This document shows, one piece after another, positions 33,201-44,790 of a DNA stretch of 64,000 nucleotides (position 1 is the first letter of the stretch; every line of letters begins with the position of its first letter). This DNA is from Klebsormidium nitens (Eukaryota; Plantae; Klebsormidiophyceae), in the NCBI GenBank assembly GCA_000708835.1, contig DF237031.1, positions 162,423-226,422 of the forward strand, read 5' to 3'. The translations under genes and the position numbers were made by a program. Under the pieces are notes generated by a model. The model did no database searches, had not been told where the DNA came from, and saw only the letters and a program-made list of their open reading frames with translations.

Positions 33201-36200
33201 TCGAGTCCCGGTTCCACCACCCCCAGTGAAGGGCGACTGGGGCCTCATCGTTCTGGGGAAGCCGTTCGCCCTCCTTACGCCTGGGTGCCCCTCGTAAGTT
33301 TCCGCTGCGCCGACACACACAGCGCAAAAGAAATGGATATTACCGGGCGGCGATATTTTGGACGAGATCTGAAAGGCTTGCTGATACTTTTAGAAATATG
33401 TATCTTAGGCGGAGGGGAAACGCAATCTGTCAGACCCGAATGGTTTTGAAGCCCTGAAGCCGTTGGGCTTTTATCGGTTTCATACCAAGAGCCCAGAAAA
33501 GGGAACAACCTGATCTCGCTGAATTGCCGTCGAATTTGAAAAAGCTCAGCGTTAGCGTGAAGAAAGTTCCTGGTGCTTGGGCGCAGGCTGGAAGGGGACT
33601 CTCAGATGAACTTCGTAATCGGCTGGACATCGCACGAGAAGCCCCCCGAGTGGCACGCCTGCACCACTGCCGAAGACGCCAAAGCTTACCTGGACCGGGC
33701 CTACCCGTGGTTGAACATTCCGCTCAAGTCAGCGGAGGCGTTGCTGAAACAGAGGGTCAACACAAGCATGCAGGTAAGCGTGTTTTGGCTAGGTGGCTCG
33801 CAACTAGACGCGTTGTGCCATGAGACGGATTCAGTAAAGTTCAACCGGGATCGGCTCGTGCTCGGTTTCACAGAGTTGCGCCCGTTCCGTTTTGCAAGGT
33901 TCGGAAGAAACTGGAAGTTGTAGCCAGGAAATTCTGCAGAGCCGTTAGGATTGTCCGCCTCGAGCCTTGCCTTTGAGCGGATTCTCCGCTCTTTTTGCAG
34001 GACCAGAATTGAGCTTTAGCTTTCTTGAAACTGAGCCTTGAACCTTATTAGTACTGGTGCTGGTAAGATTCGATTTTTTGAATAGCAAGGCCAATGAATT
34101 GTGAGGTCAAGCCCGGGGGACGGGAGGGTCTGCCGGGTGGTTAGGGTGCGCTCGGTTGCGGAACGCGTAACTTTCTGAGTTGGTATTTTTGCTTTGTGTA
34201 AGCCCGGTCGTTTGACTTATCGTTTATTCAGGCAGCTTAGATCTCATAGAAGTCGAAACGCATCTCAAGTGTTGTTTTTACAGTCTGTACTTGCTTTTTG
34301 CAGCTCAAGTGCAGCGTGTACCATGATACGGAGGGCCGTGCGGTGCTCATTGGCGACGCAGCTCACGCCACCAGTCCGACACTCGGCCAGGGATGCAACA
34401 CGGCATTGGAAGACGCCGCCACATTGGCGAGCCTTCTTCTCGAGACGGTAAGAGCGGATTTTGAACTAGGCGCTTTAAGCCTGGAAAACTAGCAAGCTTT
34501 GCTTGAAACCTGCGCCACCGACTCGGCGCACATTTTCGATGCGACTCGGGCCTCCGCAGCAATCAGGCAAGAGCATACCAGGCCAGTAGCACCACATTCT
34601 CGGTCCTTCTCACCAGAAAGTCACAGTCGTGATCGGCACGACTTTCAATCTTTCCGGGACCCTCGAATCTGGGGCCTATCAATCGGTCCTTGTAGCTGCA
34701 CAGAATCTGGGGCTTCTTTTGATTGCAAGGTTTTTACGTTAACTTGATCAAAACGTCAGAACTTGGTGGCTTACTTGCTGAATGCACGGTGCGTTAAGCT
34801 ATAAACTGAACCAGCGCTTTGAAGTCGTGCTCAGCTCGACCACCTTATACCATGCTGTCTTTCCATTCGATCCGTTCTGAAAATGATGTTGCGCTGGCGT
34901 CTCCTAAGGTCACACTCTCGGCGACCCGATTCCCCTCTATCTCGCCCTCAACACGTGTCAAGCGGTGCAGAGTCGCGCTCGCATGTGCCGCTCCGGTCAG
35001 CGTGCAGCGTTCGTTGCATCCCCGCCCGTTCCGTTCCCATCCGTTGTTGTTGGCACAGGGTCCGGATCTCCGAAGACACGAGTAGCCATCAGTGCGCGCG
35101 CCCGCAATGACAGCTGTCACCGTAGAATCACGAACTAAAGGTAACTGTCTCTTCACAGGAGACTGTTTCGGAGCTGCCAGACGCTCTCGAGTCCTACTCG
35201 GGGCTGCGGGTGCCTGAAGGTCACGCGTTGGTGGACGTAGCAGAAAGCCAAGGGCCCATGGACCGGTGGGGGGTGATCAGGAACATTCTCAACATGGTCT
35301 GGCAGGTACGAAATAATGACAGCCCAACGGGCGGGTCCTCAGCTGGCGGGTCATCAAATAAATGATCAGTTGCGAGATTTGACGGTTCATTCGAACTACT
35401 GATTGTTTGAAGTGAACCACTGACTGTGGCACTATTTCTTGAGAGGATGTAAGTCGCTTCAAGGGCCAACTGATCGGAAGTCGTCGATGTGCCAATGGAG
35501 GTCCCGCTTTTAGAAGGAAAGTAAAATATTACGAAGTTACACCTCGTGCTCGCATGAAAAGCGTGGAATGACTCTCGCCGGGCAAGTGCGTAGCCTGCAA
35601 CATCGACGCAGATACAATATTACTAAGGCAGTCTCGCCTTGGGTCTGCTGAAAAGATTCGCGGGCCTCGCTCGTGTAGCATTGCACTTCGTTGGCTGGTC
35701 TTCTTTTCGGATGAAGAATTCAGAAAACAAATCGTTGATAGTCTTCGCAGATGAAAAAGTCAGAGAAAGTGCTTAAAAGACTTTACCTAAGCTTTCGTCG
35801 TCGCTTCAACGGCGCTGATGCTTAACGCTGAATCGTGCGCAGACTATGCTGAACCGCCTCTTTCCCAAGCTGTTTCCGCCGCACATTCTGATCTCCGTGA
35901 GCGCGGGAAAGCCTCTATCTGAGATCTACAAAGCGAATAAGGCAAGTCGCCCGGAAGCCAGCTTCTCTGGCCCGGCCGTTCACAAAGCGAGCGCACCTTT
36001 CTCAAATCTGTGTCTCGCTGACTACTTCATTTGCCCCTCATTCCGCTTTTGTTCATTTTTCTAATTTCGCCATCATTTAACGATTCCGTCTGGAGCTGCC
36101 GTTTCACGCGGGCTTGTAGAGTTGGCTGGCCAGAGTCACGAGCTAGTCTGTAGTACGTCACGTGCTCGACGTTCTTCCAGAGAGTCACGCGACAGACGTC

Positions 36201-36574
36201 AATATCATTTGGCGACGTCATCGACCTCTGTTTTGCTGCTGGTCCGAGTCGCCCCTTGCGTTGCGGAATCTATGCAAGTCCTGATTGTTACTGCAACAAC
36301 TTAGAATTGTATTTTGATCCGGTCTTGTCATTTGTCTCAGCAAGTCAGCTCGGGGTTTTGACATTCGGCTCAGTAACCAGCACACGAGGACTCTGGAAGT
36401 TCGTAGTTCTGAGATCCTGCCGCACAATTTTCTGAACTTGATTTGCAGGGCTTCGTTGACTCCGTGTTGGCCAGCAACCAGCGGGCCGTCCGGCGGCTCA
36501 CCGAGAAGCGCAATCAGGAAAGGACGGACGCCATGCTTGCCAAGAGGTTCAAAGCGGCTCCGGCTGGCTCCTAG
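30267..36574 (+). CDS. Class A FAD-dependent monooxygenase (kynurenine 3-monooxygenase-like, ~511 aa)
   Basis: Exons 30267-30481, 30912-30984, 31566-31708, 32330-32593, 33156-33293, 33587-33773, 34304-34447, 35159-35305, 35843-35941 (GC donor), 36449-36574; phases consistent (1536 nt). All three fingerprints are present: VVIIGAGPGGL, YDLIVGADGVHSVVR, LIGDAAHATSPTLGQGCNTALED. The substrate cannot be assigned. Confidence 0.88.
32148..32205 (+). repeat. Degenerate intronic copy of the acceptor region and start of monooxygenase exon 4
   Basis: tgtcgaccattccgcttttccttcgggcagatccggcgctttggacatcacag versus tgtcgaccgttccgttttccgttcAG|gtacggcggatctggcctcttggacatcacg (32304 onward). Confidence 0.7.
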
Positions 36575-38963
36575 CCTGGAAAGCAGCCTCTTTCTACCGC
36601 GCACGTAAAGCGTTACTGCTAGCTAGACTCGACAGATGGCCGTCATCTGATCTATACTAAAACTGTTCAAAATAGATATGCCGCCCGAGGCGGTGCCGAG
36701 GTACGTTGCAAATGGGGTGAGAGGTCGCCCCTCAATCGCTTCTTCTGGCACCTCCGCAGCGAAAGCAATGGCCCCACCAGGCTTGCCGGAAAGCTAGGTC
36801 AGTGTCCCGGCAGGCTGTTACGAAGTTAAGCTTGACCCAAATGTGAGGCGCCCCCAGACATTCGGCGCCACCCTATAAGGTCTGCAGGGGCCGGTTATGC
36901 TCAGTGAACTGCTAGGCTGCGCATTTTACTCGAATCGAGAAGCTAAGTGAAGTCAAACCTATACAAGAACTGAATCTCTGATCTACGTATTGTACTCAAA
37001 CCTATACAGAATCTGCCAGATTTCCAATTTCCATTCGTACCTTAGAGCTTTCCGACGTTCAATAAATAGTGGCCCTGTTCACCACTTGGGGGAAGCACGG
37101 TGACTCACCTTCTCCGCTTTGCCCCATGCATTCCTGCCTCCCCGCTTCCTGCATGCATCCTCTCGAGAGGACTCAATGATTCAATAACTCAATGACTCAA
37201 TGACTCAAGATCCTGAGTCATCGGAAGCAAGATTCCCTTAGGATTGCTTTCAGAGGTGTGGCAGGTGCGCGTCGAGCATTTACCATATGTGTGAAGCGAT
37301 CTGATATCTAGCTCCCCACCTGTCTAAGTGAGTACCTCGATCTGCGGAATCCGCCGATCGCTGTCAATATTGTGTGCTACTAACCCTTTTGAGATCTGAT
37401 TGCACTTTGTCCGATTCAGCATGGGACGGTAGCGCCTGGCTAGCGTGACTAAAATACAGCCGGTCTCATTCAGTTGGATAGGTTCTAAGGTGCTTGATGA
37501 ACACCGTTCAACATGCATGAGACAACTCTGCGATGCCATAGGCATGTCAGTCACAGTGATGAGTAATCTTTGTAAAACATAATGTTTAACTGTCATGGTT
37601 TCCTAATCAGTGCACTGGCGACTGCTATATGATCTGCGAACGGAAAGTATATTAGCTACATGTAGTGTGCGGACATCGTCCGTTGCACGTGCGCGCCGAC
37701 TTTTGCTCGGGGCCACACGAACCGCGATAATTGAGAGAGCACGAGATGTACCTACCCAGTTGAAGCTACTCGGTGCGCACTGCGCAGAACTTGGACACGG
37801 GAGGTCCGAGGAATTGTTCATCTTCGACTACACTACGGTACCTACCGTAGTACGCTGGCGACCCTGGTCGAGGTACGTGTACCGTGTAGTACGTACCTTC
37901 CGGACCCCGGTTGCGGTGCGAGGTGATTGATACTACCGTATCCCGAACCGTACATAGGTAAATCTATGTACGGTATTAGGAACACATGTGACATAAATGC
38001 AATGCGGGAACGCAATTTGCATCGGTGAGTCGGTGACGCCATGCTGTACGGTTCGGCGGATGAACGGTGGAAACAACACCCGCGGAATGGCTGTCATTGG
38101 TTACATTTGACGACATTCTATGAACCGTCGCATGCCAATCATGACCGTACGGACTCGCACTCCGGAGGATTGCCTCGGCCGCCGGTTTCGGTGGTCGCAG
38201 GACTCGAGAGTGGGAGTGGTGAACCGATAACGACTGTGATTCTAGGCCCACAGCGTTGACGACATGCAAGCGCGCGCTTGCAATCTGATGCACTGAATGC
38301 AAATCTTGCGGCGCGTAGCTAGCGTCACAGCTTTACTAAGTTACAGCTTTGTTGCGATGGTCACAAATTACCTAATTCACACTCCCTTCTATTTACGATT
38401 GTTTGCTCCGGGTAGTGATGCTGCTTGCGCGCTAAGGACGTTGATTGCATCGATCGCCATTGAAGGAACAAATCCTCAATTCAAACCGGTACAGGCCCGT
38501 ACAGGTACAAACTTCGTCACTTGCATATCGTCGACACCGTCATTCCCGGCTGATAGGCTGACGTTGGCAAGGCGGCAATTACCTAGCCTCTGGTTTCAAT
38601 CCTCATACGCGAAGGATTGAAACCGGATTGGATGCTGCTGGCCCGTATTCCCAACCGAAAATCGATCCGACAGCGACGTGCTGTGAAGTAGGCTTGGAGT
38701 TTGTAGGTACCGTAGCTAATACAGGAAGGCCCTGCACCTGTCTGGCATGCAGCTTTCAAGTCTGGTCCAACTTCTGCCTGGACCGCGCCAAGTTCAGGGT
38801 GTCAGCTGGCAGCGCCCAAACTTCCAGCGCTTCTAAAACCTGTCAAAGCTTTAAGGATTTCAAATCTCTGAGAGTCAAGGTCCTCCAGTCTTTAGGACTA
38901 GCTGAGACTCTTGGAGGCAGTGGTATCTGCAAGAAAGTAGTTGAGAATTGCAAACAGCAACTC

Positions 38964-39035
38964 TTGAGATATTCGCCTTTAGCTTATTTACCTCGCATGT
39001 TGAGATCTTTGTCTTTAGCTCATTCACCTCGCATG
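38964..39035. repeat. 36-bp tandem duplication (2 copies) upstream of the oxygenase-prenyltransferase gene
   Basis: ttgagatattcgcctttagcttatttacctcgcatg followed by ttgagatctttgtctttagctcattcacctcgcatg. Confidence 0.8.
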
Positions 39036-39175
39036 ACTTCCGAAACTTGGTTCGACCAGCAGTACGTTGGAAAGGCACACCCTCGACTGAAAACCGTGAA
39101 GAGCGATCTCAGGTGCAAGTGGTGCTGGATGCAATAAGCAGAAACAGCTACTTAAAATTGACAAGCTGAAGAGTA

Positions 39176-42100
39176 ATGTTACATCGTTTTGAAGCCCTTA
39201 GTCACGTCCCCTTCAACCGAGCTCCAATGATGCAGGCGCACGCGCTCTTGGCTGCGTCCGCGTGCGCTTTCGTAGCCACTCTGGCATTTCTTTACCCGTC
39301 CCTTTCCAAGATCTGTCTATGCATTGCCTGCGCAGCCTACGTCTTTGTCACAGTCTCTGCCCGTGTGCTAGCGCTATACCCACCAAAGTCTAGGGGCTAC
39401 ATCCGAGACTCTGCGCTGCTTGACAATGCAGAGTGCATGGCGGCAGTGGTAGTCTTAACTTTACAGATTATGCTGACGGACCCTGTTTTAAGGCAAGCTC
39501 TCCAGAAGCACAGCCGGTTTCAGAAACAGCCCCTCGTGCGGATTCTGAGGACCATGACCGCGTTTGAGCTGGTGGCGCGCGGGAGCGCTAAGGAGCGGCG
39601 GAAAGTCGCAGAGTGGATCAAACGGATACATGGCGGCATTGGAGGTAAAGTGGTGTGGGCGAGTCTGATTTTGCACTCTCAATGATGTAAGGAGTGGCAG
39701 CATTTTAGTAGCTACAGGCATGATGTGGGCTCTTGACTTTGCCCGTACTTGCACATGTTTTGAGTATTATCAAGCCGTCAGTTCGGTCTACAAGGGGCAG
39801 AGAGCGACAATCGGAAGTAAGAGGGGAAAGAGCTCTCGAAATGACATTTGAAAGATGCTCGTCAACATAGTAGTAGTTTCTCTGTGTTCCAACTTAAATT
39901 TCATTGATGCTGACATAAGTTCATTTGCTACTGGTCAGGCTTCTGGAGTACAAGGATCACAGCGGTAGCTAGATAGATCTGAATTCAGCATGTGGGAACC
40001 AGGTCAGCCTTACAGCCTTAGCTTGTAGGACAGGTTATGTTACGGGCTAGCTTGATTTAAGAACAGGCTCGTTGTTTTTCAATAGATCTGAGGGCGAGCT
40101 GGAGTTTGTGCCCGCCTGACACCGTTGAGTGGAATGTGAGACTGAACTTGGAGCTAGTCCCGTTAGTTTTTGTGGAGCTCATTCAGGAAGGCAGCCGAAT
40201 CTGCAACGAAACCTTGAGTGTCGCAATGGTTTTGGCTTCTTAAGTAATAATCAGTACAGGTCAATTGTCTTCCCCTTCCACATCTTACGGTCGCGGCAAC
40301 GACCTTTGTACTAGAAGATGAAATGCAAACATTGCGCTGCAAGCCAGAGAAAGCCAAAGCATTCTGTTTCCTTTCTTCATCATGGCCTTGAGACTTCTCC
40401 TGTGCAGTACTGCAGGTGTGCTATTGAGCACTACAGCCAACAAGTCAGCTCACTTTCCTCGCAGTCCTCGAAGCGGATGCAAATAGCTTCTTAATCTGTC
40501 TCTTCGAACATTTTTTGGAAACCCTCAGTATCTTCCTTCCACAGGTTCTGTTTCCGTAAACGGAAGCACTCAGCCCTACGGCTTTACCAAGGCCCTGCAG
40601 ACGTGGGTGTTGGCGTCCCTGGCGCAGGCAAACCTGTGCTTTCAAGAGGAGATGCTCGCGACACGGGGCCTCGGGAAAACGGCGGACGAGATCGTCGCTC
40701 GGACGATGCTCTTTCAGAGGAGGCTTGCGGACGTGGGCTTAGAAGAGCTGCCGCTCGACCGCGCGCAACTAGAAGCATACATGGAGGAGAGGAAGCGGGA
40801 CTTGGTACGGATTTTCCTAGGTGCTCGGGGTTTGATGTGCTGCGGTAACCTCGGTTTCAAAAGCCTCTTTTGCACGTTCGGAATCGCCCGATTGTCCATG
40901 TCAGATGACATCATTCCTTAAGCAGCGCTTGAAAAGTTCCAAAGCTGATTAACATTCTGCAAGTGACGTAGCGCGCTATTGTCTTATGACGAGGCGCGTC
41001 CAAAGGCTTCTTGGAAGGTTCTGGGCCGACATGAGCATGACAAAGATCTTCAGCTAAACGAGAGTTACGTGTTACCAGTGCTGTCAAAACGCTTGAGCAG
41101 GCGGGCCGCTCCTCCAATTGAGCCCCTGGTTAGAATGACGGTAAAAAGCGTTCCGATCTGATCTACTGCCTCACATAAATCCAAGGGCACGACTGACTTT
41201 TTCCAGAAGAGAAACCAAGAAGAAGTCCCTCGTCTCTCAACTAGTGCATAATCTCCAGATCGATGTGTACTTCGTAAGCCCACCGGGACCGGTCTCTCTT
41301 TTTGCAGGACTATTGTCGTGGGAAACAAGATATGGCAGCAGACGTCACGACAGCGAAGCGTCAAGGGGCCGAGTCTTTCGTTGGGTGGTGGCCCGGCCTC
41401 TCACTACATGTCTACATCCTTTTTACCAGTCTAAGCTATCGCCTGCTCTATGCGGCGCTCACGGGTCAAGCGAAAAGTATTCACAGGGCTGCACTGAAAT
41501 GTCTCAAGGTGAGAGCGTATCGCCCTCATTCCTCAGCTCGGATCCAGATTGAAAGGGTCGTCTGTCTCATGATGTGAGTCTAGGCGACCAGAAGGTCGAT
41601 TCTATTGACTGCAAAATCGCCAGGATCCTTGCGACCCGTGCTAACCTTAGAAAACCTCAGACAACGAGGTGCCGAAGTAGCGGGCTTGATCCGTTGGCCT
41701 CTCATCCGGAAGTTCAGCCGAAGGTGCCTCTGCTGAAGGCTGATATCGCGGCTTTTCAGCGGAAGCCGCCCTTAGGGTGATGCTCGATCGAGAAGCTCGA
41801 TCAAAATTACATGGATCAGAAGATTGAAGTTGTGTCCAATGGGAATCACAAGTCTTGAAACAGAAACGTTGTGAAAGCAGAAAGTTTAGCCCTTACTTCT
41901 GCTCAAATAAGTTCAGTCCCGGCATCTTTAATGTGAAGCCCACTGAACCCGCTTCTGCCCCCTCCAGGTGACGTATCACTTTTGGGCGGCCCTGACCCCC
42001 CCCCTCACGCCTCGAGGCCTCTTCGCTCTTAGCTGCACTGCGGTCCCCTCTCTATTCCCAGCCTTTGTTGAAGTTTACCAGGAGATCTTGGGCTGCTCCG

Positions 42101-44556
42101 AAGCCTCCGAAACGGATGCCAGAGAGTTTCTTTTTGGGGGGGTACACGACGCGAGCACTCTAGACCACCTGCTAGAGCCGTCTCTGACCCCCCTCGCGCG
42201 CTTGGCCCGGCTTCCCAAGATTTTCCTGGTGCACTTTTGGAAGAGTTGCGCGGCGGCCGTGGACCGGATCCGGCTCAGATTCCTGTGGGCGGAGCTCAAC
42301 GGAATGAAAGGCAGGGCGGATTCCAGTGTGCCGGTGCACTTGGGGGTTATCTCGGACGGAAACCGTCGGTTTGCGCGGAAGCTGGGAAAGGACCCCTTGT
42401 ATGGGCACACGAAAGGTGGTTCACTCAGAATGATTCCGCCCACTTCTACAAGAAACGTTCAAGGCTGCTTTCTTATCACTGGATTGCATGTTGTCTTGAA
42501 CGCGTTGATCGCTGCTTCGCCTTTTGACCGTGTGTCAAAAGTAACGTAACGGGTAACTGCGAACATTGCGTCTTTTATTTCTGTGTCCTCGATTCAATTG
42601 AGAGTCAAAGGGTTCGACTTGATCCGCTTCAAACGAATTCGGCAGATGCATCCGTTTATCGTATGTAAGGCAGCAAGTGACTCTCAAAGTTCATTCAGCA
42701 AGGCTCAGGACTGTTCTAGACTTGCCGGACAACCCGGCCTTAATGGACTACTTGCATTCCGATTCGCACCCTCCGAAAGACCTTTTCCAGAAGCCCCCAA
42801 ACTCGGATACTTACTATGGACGACTTTCAAAAACCAATTCCTCTACAAGCATTCAAAGTGCACTAATCTTCTTTGCCCCCAGGCTCCATGAAAAGCGCCA
42901 GCGTCTTTGAGTGGGCGTTTTTGGCGGGTATCGAGTACCTGACAATCTGGATCTTCTCCGATGACAACTTCAAGCGTTCCCGGGCGGAAGTCGACGGCCT
43001 GATGCGTATCTTTGAGGAGGAGTGCGAAGACAAATTGTACGACGGCGTTTTGTATACATATCATGTGAGTGGCTGGTTGTCGATAGTAAGTTTCCCGCTT
43101 GTAGGGCATCCGAACCCTTTAGCGCTAGAACATCTACAGCAGTGGCGTCATCAAAACCCCTGGATCCGCGGGTGATGATATACTCAGATACGTGGCGATG
43201 TTTTGAAGTAGATGTCGAGGTGTCCACGGGCTCCTTGAAGGCACAGCTTACCTGATGCTCGTTTCGACGACTTTCGTTCTTGAACTGAGGATCCGTTTGC
43301 ACCGAGACTCAGGAGCCTCCCGTTTGCTTTTCGCTCCTAGTCATGTTGGTTCCTAGCATAAATATCGGACAGCCCAACTCTGAATATCGACTTTCAGGAC
43401 AGGCGGTTGAAAGAAAAAGCATCAGGCAGGTAACAACAGCAAAGAATCTCCTTCTACAAACTCGCAGTATGTATGATTTATGTCTACTTGTTTCTGAATC
43501 TCGACCGGATCAGCGTGGATTAGAGGAATATCGGAGATTACTAGCAACGTTTTTACATGTACAGAACTTGTGTGATCCGTGCGCAGCAGGATATCTATCT
43601 CAGACCTGCGGTGTCATCGGCCGGTCTCAATGACCGGACCGAATGCAAAAAGCGGAATTCGCTCGTGTTTGCTTCAATTCCTAGGTCCGTGTACTGGTTA
43701 TCGGCGACCGTTCAAAGCTTCCGGAAAGCACACAGAAAGCCGTCGCCAGAATAGAAGCGGCGACAGCGCACAACCGGGGCAGGACGCTGGTGGTCGCCAT
43801 GGCGTATGGCGGCCGCGGCGAGATTGCGGCCGCGGTGCGAGTCTCGCTGCAAGGGCTCAAGGGAGCGGAGCTGGAAGAAAGGTGCGTGTCGCATACGTTT
43901 GTAGCCTTCACGGTTCTGCTTGCAAGTGAGAATACACTTGGGTGGCACAATATGGTCCGTGTGTGCTTTTCTCAGAAGTTAACATGAAGCTTGCCGCAGT
44001 CTTATAGTCCTCAAGAAGGAACTCGAGCGCAGATTCACTGGGCGCGTTTACAAAGGAAATCGTACCGCGCATCAGCATACTGTACTTGAAACCTCGCACT
44101 TACGCAAAATTCTCTACCGTTCTTGTTTCCTCAGAAGCGTTATTGTCATCGATGCCCTTTTTAAGGGCTCACCGGCGCAATCGATATCTCGGGAGAACTC
44201 TGCCATCCGGATATCTACGTGCAAATGGGCCTGTCAATCTAGCTGGTAGATTACTTCCTGAGTCATACCTTCATTCCCAAGACGGCATTCTCATTTTGCG
44301 GCGCTTCACTTCCAGAGTCGGCTTGTTCTCCGAGAAAGACATCGACGCCCACACGCACTGCGCGCGGTTGGGGCTCCCCCCGGTTGACGCCATCCTCCGC
44401 ACGAGCGGCGAGCGGCGGCTGAGCGGCTTCATGCTGTGGGACAGCGCGTACTGCGAGCTCGCATTCGTTCCGCGCTCCTGGCCGGAGCTCACCGAGTGCG
44501 ACTTCGTGCGCGCGCTCCTGGACCTGTCGAAGCGCGCGCGCAGAAAAGGGCAGTAA
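39176..44556 (+). CDS. Fusion protein: N-terminal hydrophobic segments + MpaB/rubber-oxygenase (DUF2236) domain + cis-prenyltransferase (UPPS family), ~650-665 aa
   Basis: Exons 39176 (or ATG 39227)-39644, 40545-40804, 41308-41508, 41968-42415, 42883-43064, 43685-43881, 44316-44556; GT-AG, phases consistent (1998 nt). DUF2236-like motifs: LQIMLTDPVLRQALQKHSRFQKQPLVRILRTM...IKRIHGG and ALQTWVLASL. CPT motifs: HLGVISDGNRRFA, GHTKG, WIFSDDNFKRS, AMAYGGRGEI, VDAILRTSGERRLSGFMLWDSAYCEL, and C-terminal RRKG. Confidence 0.85.
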
Positions 44557-44790
44557 GCGGGGGATCCCCCAGTCATGCCAGTGGGCGGAACTCTTGACAG
44601 CGACTCCGTGCGCGCTCTCCTGGACAAGTCGAGGCGCGCGCGCCGGAAAGGGCAGTGAGCGGGGGATCCCCCAGTCATGGGCGAAATTTCGGAACACCCT
44701 AGCAACGACTCCTTGCGCGCACTCCTGGACATGTTGAAGCGCGCGCGCAGAAAGAGGCAGTTTTAGAGCGAGGGATCTCTCAGACCTGGG
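44499..44790 (+). repeat. Three tandem copies of the last codons, stop and flank of the prenyltransferase gene
   Basis: Units start at 44499, 44601 and 44706 (periods 102 and 105 nt): DFVRALLDLSKRARRKGQ*, DSVRALLDKSRRARRKGQ*, DSLRALLDMLKRARRKRQF*. Confidence 0.9.

Noticed and set aside
38628-39137. 169-aa ORF directly upstream of the oxygenase-prenyltransferase gene
   Set aside because: No recognisable motif or coding-like codon bias; it runs through a tandem duplication and is likely promoter or 5'-UTR sequence.
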